The notes beneath the pieces were generated by a model. That model worked only from the letters and a program-made list of their open reading frames with translations. It did no database searches and was not told the origin of the DNA. Positions 12,352-25,861 of a stretch of DNA of 64,000 nucleotides are shown here, piece after piece. Position numbers and translations under genes: made by a program. The stretch's first letter is position 1. Each line of letters begins with the position of its first letter. The stretch covers positions 23,145,722 to 23,209,721 of the forward strand of contig OZ316896.1 in NCBI GenBank assembly GCA_973895155.1, read 5' to 3'. This DNA is from Marsupella aquatica. Lineage: Eukaryota > Plantae > Marchantiophyta.

Positions 12352-13824
12352 CTAAAATGATTACAAGCAAGTGTATCAGACAATATTTAGTGAAGACGAT
12401 TTTCAACAAAACTCTACTACTGACGACGCATACAAATTAGCATGCCAAATCAGTACCAATCCTCAATCCAAATTTCTTTCAAGGAATGCAGAGAAGACGA
12501 CAGCTCTCTCCTGAGGGTGCTGGGGCTCACAATTTTAATGACAAGTTCACCGCCTGATCAGGACCAGACGCACTTCGAATCATCTTTAAGGGCACTGTCA
12601 TTGTCGTCTCCTGTGGATTCAAACTTCGACTCATCACTCCCGAGCTGAATATAGTAGATTCCCGAGTAGATTAGTGACCCGTCCTGTCTAGGAGTAACTG
12701 TCTTGCGATGCTACAGTCAGCATCCTTCCCTTCTACTTGTCTGACTTCACCTACTCACCAACATCCACACCAACCGAGATATTTTCGAAGAGCTGAGCAA
12801 TCCAAACCGCCATCCATTCGACCTGCACGGGCTTTGCGCAGTGGATCTTCCCAGCTACAATCCATATCCTCGAAGATATGCTCCGCAGCCTTGAACACAG
12901 AAGTCCAACACTATCTTTACCAAATCTGTTGCCGTCGAAACTGGAGCTCCTTCCCGAATCCACACACATCCAATGTTTGCATCTGTAGCAAAGTCATCCC
13001 AAAGTCTTTACTAGTTTTGAGAGAGGACAATTTCTAGCTTCACCTCCGACAAGATGGCAGGCATCCAACCACGTCCACCTACATCGCAAGGTCCCCAAGG
13101 TCGTGCAGCAGCCATGGCAATGCGTGGCACAAATTCCCCTCCAGGAGGCTACTTGTTAGAGGCACACGCACACGAACGTGATAGTCGGAGCTTACAAATC
13201 CATACTCCAAACTGATACACTATGAGGATGTCGAAGTAAGTGGATCACACACGACCGCAGGGAGAGAATAATGTCTCGCAATCCGAGAAAGAGCACAAGG
13301 CTCACCAGGTTGGAAATTCTCCTCCGCCTCACTCCCTCGTCCTCCCTGCGAGGCTCGCTAAACTCGATCAAACGGAGAGAAGAAGCACACGCCAAAGTGC
13401 ACTACTACGAGCCGCAAAGTGCGTGAAATCAGCGGCCTGTAAGTTTTTTTTTCCCGACACCCGGACAAAACCCCTCCAAAACCCGCAGCCAGCCCAATCG
13501 AATGATGCGAATCCAATCGAGCAAGAGCGGGCGACGCTGATGCTGAGACGGATGCAGCCAACGAGCAGACGTTCGATAATCGGACAGTCACCAACACCCC
13601 CGATCGTCGCTGCCTGAGGGCAGAGAAGAGCAGAGCAGAGCAGAGCAGCGACCAGAGAAACACAGTCCGCCAACCGCGGAGCCTGCCGCGCGGCAATTAC
13701 TGTGCCCTGCGAGCTCAAAAAGCACTGTGCACTAAAAGCTCGGGCAATGCGGGAGACCGGATGGTCCGGCTGGATCGAATTGACCGAAAAGAGCGGAGTG
13801 CAGAGCAGAAGCAATCATGGCGAC

Positions 13825-13896
13825 GAGAGGGAGACGAGACGATGCGAGACGACACGAGAGGAGAGGAGAGGAGAGGAGAGGAGACGAGAGAGAGAC
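13825..13896. repeat. GA-rich microsatellite (GAGAG)n, probably near the 5' end of the NRL gene
   Basis: Purine run; CT-rich on the gene's sense strand, as is common in plant 5' UTRs. Confidence 0.6.
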
Positions 13897-14436
13897 AGTG
13901 GCGAACGCAGGACGAGGAAACAAACATTCCAATGAAATGCGCAGCGGCGCTTTAACGAACGACCAGAGCGCGAGCCGCGGGGCCCCGCTCTTCTGTGACA
14001 CAAAAGCCATTTCGCCATTTCCGCAGAAACGAGCCCCTCATCATCGCCCCCATCATGACCCCTCTAATTATGACGCATACGTCCCACCCCCACCCGGCGA
14101 CCCTTCCCCAACTCCCAGTCCACGGGCACCCTCTTGTACTCTGTACAATATACGGTCGGACCACAACGGCACCGTACGTATCGCTGGAAACTGGAGAGGA
14201 GAGGGACAGCGACGCGACGGGGCCCGGCTCCCCGGTACCGGGCCGCATCACGGGACTATGGACATATTTCTGGTACGTATCACACATATATATAGGTATA
14301 TATATGTATGTGCAGCACATTTTTGTTTACTCTAATATTTGGCCCAATTAAAGTGGAAATGCCCTCAAAATATGCTGTCTAAACTTATTGTCAAACGAAG
14401 TCTAGGTTCATTATATTATGACTGGACGAGCCCTAT

Positions 14437-14877
14437 CCCGGTTTGAACTTGTCCGACTTGTCTGAGAAATAGGGGCATTGGGGTCCAACATCCGACTGAT
14501 GTCACCCTGATCGATCCCAGCCAGGTAACGGGGGTCGGGTTGGGTGAGGGTCAGGTCTGCCCCGGGGTAGAGTCGGGTGGCTCGGTCGGGTCGGGGTCAG
14601 TCGGGGTCGGGTCGGGTTGGGGGGTCAGGGTGTTGGTCAGGTTGGGTCAGGGGTTGGGAGGTCGGGTCAGGGGGTCAGGGGGTAGGGTCAGAAGGGATCG
14701 GTTGGGGGGGTCGGGGTGTTGGTCAGGTTGGGGTGGGGGGTCGGGGGATCGGGTCAGGGGGTTGGTCCCAGCCGGGGAATATAGAGGAATATCCAACAAA
14801 TGACCCATTTTTGAGCCGACAACATGTCATTTGTTGTGTCAAACAAGTAGACATCATGTCCGACAGTGAAAACCTGG
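14437..14877. mobile_element. hAT-like non-autonomous element with G-skewed core, copy 1
   Basis: Termini CCCGGTTTGAACTTGTCCGAC / GTCCGACAGTGAAAACCTGG; 8-bp TSD AGCCCTAT (14429-14436, 14878-14885); GGGTC-rich interior. Confidence 0.8.
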
Positions 14878-17082
14878 AGCCCTATGCCCCTGCATTACAC
14901 AGTGCAAAGAGGGTCGACCCGTTGGGTCTCTGCAATTATGGGGCAACATGGGGGTGTCATTTCCTCCTTCAGGGAAAACAAATCCAACAGTTATCAATCT
15001 TTCTCACCTAGAAGGTTTTTTGTATGGGGACAAAGAACAAAAAACAGATGAAATATCTTATTATAATTGTAGATAACTTTTGGTCAGAGGCACGAGAACT
15101 GAACAAGCCTGGTGTTTAAAGTTTACCATTGTTCTCCAAGGTGGCCGTTTTGTGAAGAAGAAGCTGCTATGAGTATTCTTAGTCTAATTTTCTTAAATTT
15201 ATTTTTGACTGATGGATCCCCCTAGAGGCATCCATCATATTTTATTTAGCTAACGACGAGAGTGGCACAGGGAGAACCTGGCTCATTGAAGACAAAAGCC
15301 CTAGGAATTTTTGCAGAACTAGCCCTGACTTTTCAATGAAGTTGGATTTGGCAAAGTTTGGCCGCTGAAAAAAAATGCTGCCCAAAGCTTAAGGCCAAGT
15401 GTTCCTATGAAAATTATTTGTGAACTCGGATGGGTCCCACTACTTGGTGGCAGTCCGCTGTCCATTTTGAGAGAGACACTCAACAGAACTGCCACTCCTG
15501 CTGGTGGAATACACCACTGTAGTTTGCACAATTTGAAGGGCACAAATTTTGTTATTATCTAAATACTAGTGGAATACACTAGTTAGCACGACGCAAATTT
15601 TGTTATTATCTAAATACTAGTATGCTATGTGATGGGGGACCAAAAAGAGTACCCCAAGATACTTTTGTTTACAATATATAAGGATTGCATTTCAATGCAC
15701 TGCAATACGATGGTCAACCAACCTATAACCTATATTCATGATGCATGTATTTTATATATACTAATATTGACCCAAGACCATAATGACTTCAATAGGAATA
15801 ACGACGAGATGAACCAAACATTTATTCCATTTGTCTTTTGTCTTTATTTCATTTTTGTGTTTTTTTTCTTTGTTTGTTCCTTTTATGTTGATGTCATTCA
15901 TTTCTCTTCTTACTTTTTCCTTGGGAGAAAGGTTAGGATTACTGTTTTTTCTTGGGAGAAGGATAGGATTAAGCACTTACAACATTGTTTTCAAATTGAG
16001 TCTAATTCTCATCCATTACCAATCAAACACTCTCACATAAGTGAACTAAATTTAATATTTGCTCATTGAATAATTTGCTCTTTTAAGTTCAGTCTATTGT
16101 GACCAAACTCTCTTGGTGACGAGCCTGGTACTCAATACAGTCACACTTATGTTTTCACGTTCTACACACAGTGGCTCACAATCAGGTTAGAGGGCAGCAT
16201 TGGATGTCAAGACCCCTTCTCTATCATTAATGTGGTCCCCTTGACCCTCATTGGATGTAAACTTATGGAGCCTAATGTATTGTGAAAAGAACCCATGCCT
16301 TGTTACCCCTTGTTATTTCTCTTTCCCTGTAAAAGTTTCTCTTCGTATCAGTTATAATTCTACTCATTAGTTCAAAATTGATTTAATTATCTTTGCAATG
16401 TTTGCACACTCTCTCTGAATTACATGAGCTGAGGGTGCTGTCTTGGGAAAGGCTCAACCAGAATCAGTACCATGTACAGAACAAGTTACCTTACTTGTCA
16501 TTTTTTCGTCCCTTTAGTGGGTTTCCTGCCTTTGGGAAACTGACTCTTTTTGTTTTCTTGGCATTATGACATTTGTTCAGTGGAAAGAAACACAGTTGAC
16601 CAAATGTCACTAGTGACAAAAGTAAAGACATACAAAACCAGGTCCGTCACCCAAAGTAGAACCATAAGATGAAATTACAGGCTCCTTTGGCTAAAACTTT
16701 TTGGCAATCCCAAAAACATTACTCCAAAGAAACTCCCTTTCAAGGGCAATTTGAATAATGGGATTTTCCCCTCCCAGAAATCTCACCCCTACTCCTAAAA
16801 ATCCCGCCACACCCCAACCCTCAAATGGAAAAAACAACAACACATCTTACTTTCTACACAGGGCCTTCAAATTCTCCTGATTATCTCAATAACGTAGGAT
16901 TCCAATATTCCAAGATCACTGATACTGTATGGAGGCAACGAAACGTCTCTCCGGAGTGACAATAATAATTAATAGTCAAGTCGTGCCAACCATTCAGGGA
17001 ACCCCATCCTCTGCATTGCACCAAAAGCCACGCCCTGCCAATAACGCCTCGCTCAGCAATTTAATTATTGGAACCTTGAACA

Positions 17083-17671
17083 CCAGGTTTTCACTGTCGG
17101 ACAAGATGTGTCCTTGTCTGACACGACAAATGACAACTTGTCCATCCAAAAACCGTCTATGTGTCCAATATTCCCTTATATTCCCCGGCCCGGTGTCAAA
17201 TTCTACCGACCCCTCCCGGCCGAGCACCACACTCTCCCGGCCTGGTCAATTTTTTTCCCGGCTGGGGGTTCGGGAGGGGGGGGGGCGGCGGGGACAGAGG
17301 CCGGGGGGGGGGAGGGTGGGGAGACTGGGCCGGGGAGGGAGGCCGGGGTGGGTGGGGAGGGTCGGGAGACCGGGCCGCGGAGGGAGGCCGGGGCGGGGGG
17401 GGAGGGGAGGGGATGGGAGGCCGGGGCAGGGGGGGAGGGGAGGGGATGGGAGGCCGGGGCAGGGGGGAGGGGAGGGAGGGGGGGGGAGGGGAGGAAGGCC
17501 GGGGGGGGGGAGGGTAGGGAGACCGGGGAGGGAGGCCGGGGAGGGGGGGGGGGAGGGAAGGGGCCGGGCCGGTAATTCACTTTGCGACCGAGATCGACGG
17601 GGAGTGACCGGGACGACATATGTTTTTTGTCTTCGTAAATACTGCTATTTGTCCGACAAGTCCAAACCGGG
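17083..17671. mobile_element. hAT-like non-autonomous element with G-skewed core, copy 2 (termini inverted relative to copy 1)
   Basis: Termini CCAGGTTTTCACTGTCGGAC / GTCCGACAAGTCCAAACCGGG; TSD CTTGAACA / CTTGAATA; subterminal ~70 bp homologous to copy 1. Confidence 0.8.
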
Positions 17672-19090
17672 CTTGAATAAACCGAGAATGCTTGCCTCAG
17701 GGCAATAACACTTGCTCAACACTCCCTTCACCACCTGATACGGTGAGAGGTACGAAACGTATTGTACTCTTTTACTATCGTATCCCTGAATGAGTGGCTC
17801 ATTGCAGCCCACCTCCGAATTATCATTAAGACTGGCGGAAGCTTCCATGTTGCATCGTAAAGAGGTCTCTAGTGCTTCACTAAATTAATGGCAATCCGCT
17901 CCACTGAGTTCAGCTACTGTAGATGCCACGAAGTTGAGTACGGAAAATGGTCCTTGTAGTTTCCTCCCAGGTAGTTATAATAATGTAGAAAATTCTCATT
18001 CGTGTAAATAGTCATATCAACTGTATGCGGAGAGTAAGGTCCTCTACTTGGAAGAAAAAGAAATCATAGTTTCCTCCCAGATAGTCAGTATGTTACTAGA
18101 GAAAATTCTCAATTCATGGAAATAATTATCTCAACTCAAGAACTGAAGGGGGAGAGTAACGTTGTCCACTTGGACGAAGAAAAGATCATAGTTGAGGTTA
18201 ATTAAGATGGTAGTGGAGGACTCAGTCTCATGGATATCAAGATCGTTGAAGGGTTTGCAACATCTAGCACACCAAATAGGATGGATAATCTTGGCTTTTG
18301 GGATGGTAAGCGTTACAATCAGGTAAATATGATATACTATTTGGAAGTAGTGAGTTGGGAAGTTGTGAAAGCAATTGTTTTATCTATAACCCAATCCTTG
18401 AGACTGATCTTGATCTGCAAACAGCAATCTTCTAGTCTGTCTTGCCAGTTACGTAGTATGGGTTGTGTAGCCAGAACTTGGTAGGTGGATTAATTAAGCG
18501 TGGGTGCTTGGAAGCACGATTAAAGATGACTTAGTCAACTTGCCAGGTACCAAAAGTGACCATAGTAACCAAGATTCCAGTTTCTCCCCACCAACTCAAC
18601 CGCATTCAGCCAAGAGCTCCGGAATCATCCGATGTGTTGTTGCTGCTCAAACACGCAGTCAGTCAAGCACCCCAAAAATTTACCAAAAATCACGCACTAG
18701 CTTCCAAGTGAGGAACACCCTTGGTTTGTTTTTTATAAATTCAATCAACTACCTCAAGTGCCTGAGGCCCATAACATATTTGAACCACCCCAAGTGCTTT
18801 GGCATTGAACCTATATATATTATTGCATACAGGAAGCGGCCTGTCTACGCTGGGATTAACTTTAGAGCTTCTAGTACGAAGTCATCCCTGGGCACTGAGG
18901 CGTCTGCTAGGCCCTACTCAGATGATTATAATTTTTTATGCTATATGTAAATCCTTGGAATTTTGGAAAACTTACTGTAGGTGGTTTTCACAAGAAGTGG
19001 TCTGGGCACTTGTGATTTTCTTTTCACCGAAGCAAATTAGAGTACAAATTCCTTTTCTAGGTAAACCCCAGACCAAACATCTTTTCAAAT

Positions 19091-20338
19091 GTTTGGTAGA
19101 GGAGGGTTCCCTCCCGTTTCAGGTTCATTTGCGCGCAGCGCGGTCCTCATTACCAGATCCCGTTCGCGCCGTGTTATCTTCTTTTCAGGAGTTTTTATCC
19201 TTGGATCCCGTTCGTCTTTAGGCAGACCTCGCTGGGCGTATGCACGCATTCACCCTTTCCAGCATCCTCTCCGAGGCACCTGACACGGACCGAGCTCGGA
19301 TTCTTTCTTCCGGAGGGAAGGGCGCAGGTGGATGGCTTCAGGCCAATCCAGTCATTCCTCATTTGCGGATGTCTTCAACGGAGTTCTCCACAGCCATGCG
19401 TCTTCGTATGGGGCTGCCCCACCCACTTCTTGCAGGTTTACCCCCTTCTTGCACTTGTGGGAAGCCTTGTGATGCCACAGGTGTCCATCTTCTTCGGTGC
19501 AGTTTGGGAGGTGAAACCATTATTGTTCACGACGTTGTGCGAGATGCGACTGCTCAGGTTCTCTCTGGCTCTTTGGTATGCGTGCAGCGGGAGGTGGTAC
19601 TCGAGTTACCTGGTCCTCCATCACAGCGGTTACGGGTGGATCTTACCATGGTCCGTGAGGGTCAACGTACATTGGCAGATGTAGTGGTGGCAAACCCATT
19701 GCGCCAAGACATCATTGGGACAGCGGCAACTACGGCAGGGGCAGCAGGGGCAGCAGCGGCAACAACGAAGGAGGCCAAATATGTTGCACGAGCTTCATCC
19801 GACAGCTTCCTCCCCCTTGCTCTGGAGCTATTTGGGCGTCTTCATCCTCAGTTTGATGGGCTTCTTCGGCAAGCTGCCCTGGATGTTCATGGCCGCATGG
19901 GTCCCACCAGACCCCGCTTTCTATTTTGACCACACACTTTCGCCAACGCATTTCAGTCACCTTGCAGCGTGCTCAAGCTCGGGCCATCTATCGTCGATCT
20001 CTTACAGTGGGTGCTAGTGTGCCTCCGCAGCGGCTAGCTCCCCTAGAGGATGTTCCAATCCCACTTGCTGATCTAGCTTTGACCCTTGATGTGGACCAGT
20101 AGCTTTTTGCCACATTCGCTAGGAATGATGAGGACCTCGGTCCGCTTGGGTTAGTTTTAGTCTCTCTTTCTTGGTTTTTAGGGGTTCCCTATTGCTCATT
20201 TCTTACTTTTAGTTCCTCTTTCTTGGTGTTTTGTGGTTCCCTTTTGCTCACTTCTTTTTGGATTGGTTTTGTCCTCTTGGGCCCTCTTTTGTTTGTTCCC
20301 TTGTACTCTGATTGGTCCCTTTGTATATAAAAAAAAAA
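19091..20338 (+). mobile_element. 5'-truncated non-LTR retrotransposon with restriction-like endonuclease (CRE-clade-like), inactive
   Basis: ARILSSGGKGAGGWL, RLRMGLP, CCHC knuckle CTCG..HLLRC, HDVVRD, RVDL..ADVVV, KEAKY, PLALELFG and frameshifted RQRISVTLQRAQARAI; premature TAG at 19219; T-rich 3' UTR; poly(A) at 20329-20338; TTTTCAAATG on both flanks. Confidence 0.85.
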
Positions 20339-20463
20339 GTGTGTATTTTCAAATGACATTCAATAAATGCAAAATCCCTTGAAGACAGGAGACACTGTTT
20401 GGAAATCTTTGGGTCATTTGAGTACCGAGGTGGTCTAAAATTCTAGACAAAATAAGCACTCTA

Positions 20464-20543
20464 CATTGGGCTTAGTGCTTGTCATGTAGGTCAGTGGCTA
20501 CCATTGGGCCTAGTGCTTATCATGTAGGTCAGTGGCTACCATA
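20464..20543. repeat. 38-bp tandem duplication
   Basis: CATTGGGC(T/C)TAGTGCTT(G/A)TCATGTAGGTCAGTGGCTAC present twice. Confidence 0.8.
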
Positions 20544-23500
20544 TGAGAATGACAAGTTCTTGTAAAGACAACTGCATGATTTACACTCTTTATAAGGTCC
20601 AGATTTAATCTCAATCTCAGAGCCAATGAAAAGAAGCAATGGCCTGTAGATATTGGAAAGCTAACCTTACCTTAAAAACTGCGATGTTTCCATCGTGTGT
20701 CAAAGGTACCATCTACGTTGGTTTCAGTGCGTCCACATTGCGGCATGACCACACATGGACTCGATTATTAAGTCAAAGGACTTGTGTTTACCGAGGAAAC
20801 GGAGATGCTGATGAAAGAACTCAACGTGCAGAAAGAAGAATGAGATGAGAAACTATTTTTGCCTTGGAAGATTCCGTTGATTGAGAAACTATGACGACTG
20901 AAGGTCTCTCGAGTCCGCAGTGTGTCGGAGGTGAAGCTTGGGTACGTTCAAGGATTGTCCAAAATCGCCGGCAATCAAGTAACTACAGTGGCAAAGATCA
21001 CAATAAGTGCAATGTGGTCACATTTCCTTCCTCACATTCTGTGCCATGACGAAACGAAGAGTAATTCATTTTGTCGTTAAATAAGGTCATGGCGTTCACC
21101 TTTCGACGAAAACAAAAAAGCTTTTTCCTTTTCAACCGCATCAGGAGGTGGGTATCCATGGACAGAAGAGAAGAAATCAAATCAACAAAGAGGAGAGGGT
21201 GGGAGACTGGGAGCATCAATCTTGTCTCGGTGATACTGTTGGGCGCGGACATAGAGTTCCATGACGCAGGTAGTATACCGTAGAGGCGTAGACATCCTCG
21301 ACCCCTAGTCCTTCACTTTCATCATGATTCGACCATATCGCATGTCTCGTCTCATGGCGCGTGCTCATAATTGCAGTTTGGAGCATTGTCCATCAATGCG
21401 AATGCACGGGTGAGATGTACAACTACCACGACGATAGCGGTCATCGATCGTTGCAATGTTGTGGAATCATGCTCCCACTGTAAACGCGTTCATTCTTTGC
21501 TTCCAATAGAAAAAAGAAACTCCTATCAGTCCTATGCGGTCGGCGTCTGCTTCCCGCGGGCAGTGATGCTTTCGTGCCCTCTCTGACTTATGTATTTTTC
21601 AATACAAATATCGTTCGCGTTCAGGAGAGCAAAGGCGAGAGAAAAGGAAAAAAAACGTCGACGCATGCCGGTTTTTGTAGATGTATATAAGTGTGGGTGG
21701 GGCCGCGACGGATAGTGGGTGTGAGACTTTATGAGTATTAGATTTCCGGCGTTCGCCTCAGCCCAATCATCGCAGTCTTCTGTAAAGCGCGACTGGATCT
21801 GCATGTCAATTCCGGTTTCCACCGTTACACTTTCAGATGCTTCCTGTCAACTCGCCTGTCATCCAAGGAAAGAAAGTGCCGTCTGGCAAGACCTTGTTCA
21901 CAAGAAGTGTCACATTACATTTCGTTGCCTTTCAGGCGAACAAGCGATGGGACCACAAAATTTTCAGAACTCTGATCTAATGGTATTGCCGCTGAACTCA
22001 CTTTCATGATTGTGGATGGTCGGCAGCTGCTCAGCATAGTTCCCATCGCTTTGTGCTTCGATCTACAGTATCAACGCTTCCACAACATTCATGTGGGCAG
22101 AATAGTATTGGCATGTCATATTCTTATTCGAGGACTTCCTCTGTGTGCACCCAGTTAGTGCCTTTATCAGCACTACACTTGAGGCAAGGCGATCGAATTT
22201 CCAATGCCTGGCAGACCAATCCGATCCGTCATTGAGGTCATTGCATTCACGATGAAGTGTATTAGAATAAGCAGCTGTGATAAAAATATTCTTAACATCC
22301 AAGTACGGTGTTTTCTCTGACTATATAACACGAGGATAGAGAAGCTATGAGTTACTACGTAGTAAGTATTGCGAATTGCAGAATGACACTAAATACGGTA
22401 ATTAATCATTTTTTATTCTACAGTAATTCTACTCGAGTATGTATGGACGTAGGCAATTGTTCAGTGATTCTAAGGTATCACCAGGATTTTATCACTGGGC
22501 AAACGATGATACGGTATCAGTGACTCAATAAAAGTCTTTTAAGAGCGGAAACCTTGCCCCAAAGTTTAAATTTGGAGGTGAGTTATTGTCTACCTGTTTG
22601 AAGCGCTAATTAACCCAAGATCCTAAAAGATCATAGTCAATTTTTACCTGAATCTTAGGCCCATTACAAGTCTTTTAGGAGTGAGTTTCTTCATCTGCTG
22701 CGTAGTCCAGTGCATAAGCCAGGAAATGACACGATTAGTGCAGCACGAGTAATGAGCCGTTTCCTGTCAGTTTCATATGTTCAATCCTGTCTAGCGAGTA
22801 ATTGTATTAGGATGGTGAATTGTGACAGGTGCGTCCCCAAGCTAGGCTCCACCAAAAGCGGGCAACATGTGGGCAGTTCGGCACGTAGGAGATCAGGAAT
22901 TGGGAGAGGGTGAAGAGCATTCTCCTGAATCGGAGGGGACTGCTCCACTGGGGCGGGGGTTTCGATCTGGTTCGTCTTGTTAAAAAAAAAATTAACCTGA
23001 GAGGCGGCTGGTAATCACAGTGACCTAATTGATTGTAGCCTTCCTTCGCAGTTTCTTACCTGTCTCTGCCTGTTACAAAATATACACAAATTTCTTGGAG
23101 GGACCCCAAGCTAAAGTGCCGGACCTGGTGCAAAACAAAAACTCTGTGGTGGGACACTTTCCATGTCCAAGTACCGTAGTGAAACCCAAATCTACGGGGA
23201 TTCCTGAGATGTTGAGATGTACGAATTATAGGCGAGATGGTTTTCGGCCTAAGAAACCCTTACAGTACTTCATTCTCATTTTGCTCGCATTTCTCTCCAC
23301 GACCACATGTAAGGTCAGATGTCATACAGTCATCGAAAAGGAAAACCGTGATTCTTTCGTAGCTTCACGGACCCAGTACAGAACTGCCAACCCTTCAACC
23401 CCAATCCGCCCTTTCCACGTCTCTTGCATCCTCGCCTCGGGCCACCCGTCCAAACTCCAGCTCCAAATCCTTCGCACATCATGCTGCTGTACATACTCCT

Positions 23501-25745
23501 GGGCTGCCCAGGTGATTTTGCAGTCTTCTCGTCTGGGCTACTTATTAGCTTTCTTCTGTTTTGGAGATCTGTTATTGCTGCAAAAATTTGCCCTTTTAGA
23601 GATCCTCTGTCAGTCGATTGCAATCCGAGTACAGTACGCACAGTAACATGTACGCCGCCTTGATTAACGGGAGCGAATGGCGGTAATCTAATAACGAGTG
23701 CGGAAGCATTTGAAATTGAGTAAAATATTGGTCAAGATCGACATACGACGCTCCATGAACCTTTGGGATTGGAGCCGGCGAAATGATGTTGACACAGACA
23801 GTCTAGTTCGTAAATTTCGCTCTCATCGACAGCAACTTTGACAGCAAGTTCGTCCATATATGTCAATTAGCACCGTAGTGACAGGAGAAGAATGATGAGC
23901 AAAAGGCGTACGATCCGTCAATGTCCAGAAGAGAGAACGTCGCTTCTTGTGCCGTTTCTCGTGTGATGATTGCGAATTGAAATAAACTGGAAGACAGCTG
24001 GGTAAAATATCCTGTCTCCTGGATCGAGAAGAAGCGAGTGATGATGGGAGGACAACCCAATCAACCTATTTGTCGAAGAGAGACAGCGAAAATAAAAGAA
24101 TGGCGTTCTGACGCTCGCAATTTGTGGACTCTTGTCTGGGAGGGAAGAACCAGTAGATTACTTTTAAGTAAATTGCCCCTGTTCAAATCAGAGAATTGTT
24201 TCCCGATAATACCCTGATACGCCGCGAACAACAATGTTTTTACCAGACTGCCGACCGGCGTACCTTCGAACTCCCATGCACGAGGATATTAACTGGAAAC
24301 CGTTCCCAATTTTGCTGTTCGAGATGATGGCAAACAGTCAGAATCTACCGGTAGGTGCCTGGCCTAGAGCCATGCCATGTCGCGGCAGTACTCGATGCGG
24401 TTTCGGAATCTTGGAATGTTTATGGATGTCATTCCCTCATTTCTTATCAATGTTATTTGCAAATTCTCATTGTGGGGTATCTCGCCAATTATATCCATAT
24501 CTTTTGTCTTGAAAGGTCAAGTTTATTATCACAGTGGAGAACGCTACGAAGCAGATCAAATCAATGGGAAGCCCGCCCACGGAGTACGTGACGAAACCCG
24601 GACGAGAGAATCCCAGTTTTACCAAATCATTTGTACTTCAATTGGCAACACTCACGACAGGCTTCGAGCTTGCACATTAAACAAAGATGATCAGACGTTA
24701 ATAACGTAATCTACACAGTCCACTCCATACGGTCCGAACGAACACTCTCCAAGGCATCATACGTGAGTATCCTATCCATTCTTGAGTGTTCGCATGATGT
24801 GCCGCGTTTGAATCTCGTCTCCGATTTGGAGAAATGAGGGGGAAGTGTCAGTTTTAACGATCTGGCTTAGACCAAACGTACATGAGAGCGGTAATTCATC
24901 GTTTCGCGTGACGTCGAGTTTGAATCTCGACCCCGGTGTCATATTTTAATTTTTAAGGATCTGGTCTGGCTTAGCGCAAAAGCAGAGCACAGTACAGTCC
25001 ACATTACTTTACACAACAACGTCCGTCAAGTAAGGAAAAACCACATTCACATGCCATTTCGAGGCAGTCCCACATTCCCACGGGAATCGCCTGCCCAGTG
25101 CTCCCCGCGCGCGTGTCATGGCGGCTCCCGTTGTCTTGATGCTGAAACCGCTCGCGAGGCGGCGGTACCACAGTCGCTGAAGAGCAGCTGACCGCATCCG
25201 GGCCCGCAATCGCCATCGCTTTCCGGCACGAACTCTGTCCATTCATCCATTGCGACTGAAATCATTCTGTCAATTCCGGCGTGTCTGTCACTTTTTGTTC
25301 CACATCAAATCGCGCGCTGAATCCAGGAGCGTCGTTCAAATTCATTCAGCGGACTCAATGCCGCAAAAGTTACCGGTAATAAGAGACGATCGAATGTTGG
25401 GACATCGGACCTTTCTTCGAAACACTGATAAATGCAACTTTTAGGGGTGGGCATCAGATGCTTCATGCTTGGGTGCATGCACGCATGAACGCCTGTCCAC
25501 CCATGCGGTGATGTGCGACACTCAACCGACCACAGATCCACGTGGTAGGGTTTCATGGGATGGTGTAAACAACTAGCCCGACTAGCTGTAGGCATAGGGT
25601 CTTACTCCCTATCTTAGCCTAAATATAAAAACATATTTTTCAAAATTGTTACCAACGAAGCTATGACCTATGGTAATGGTATATTGGTATATATGGTATA
25701 ACATACACACAAATAATTTATGTTGGGGGAATGCTTTTGGCTATA

Positions 25746-25861
25746 TAGGTTCACTCTAATGAATAGGTTCTGGCTTATAGGTTGACTCTAATGAATAGGT
25801 TCTGGCTTGTAGGTTGACTCTAATGAATAGGTTCTGGCTTTTTAGGTTCACTCTAATGAAT
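25746..25861. repeat. ~31-bp minisatellite, ~3.6 copies
   Basis: TAGGTT(C/G)ACTCTAATGAATAGGTTCTGGCTT repeated. Confidence 0.85.

Noticed and set aside
12449-12560. Upstream coding exon of the NRL gene
   Set aside because: The donor is phase-compatible, but an in-frame TGA lies upstream and no ATG was found; it may be UTR.
13192-14351. Cluster of overlapping ORFs
   Set aside because: GC-rich promoter/5' UTR with microsatellites; no motifs.
16929-17708. Gly/Arg/Pro-rich ORFs (also 14540-15011 and 48136-48789)
   Set aside because: Open in several frames only because the G/C-rich TE cores lack stop codons.
23029-23646. 205-aa ORF
   Set aside because: Non-ATG start, no recognisable domain, composition not protein-like.
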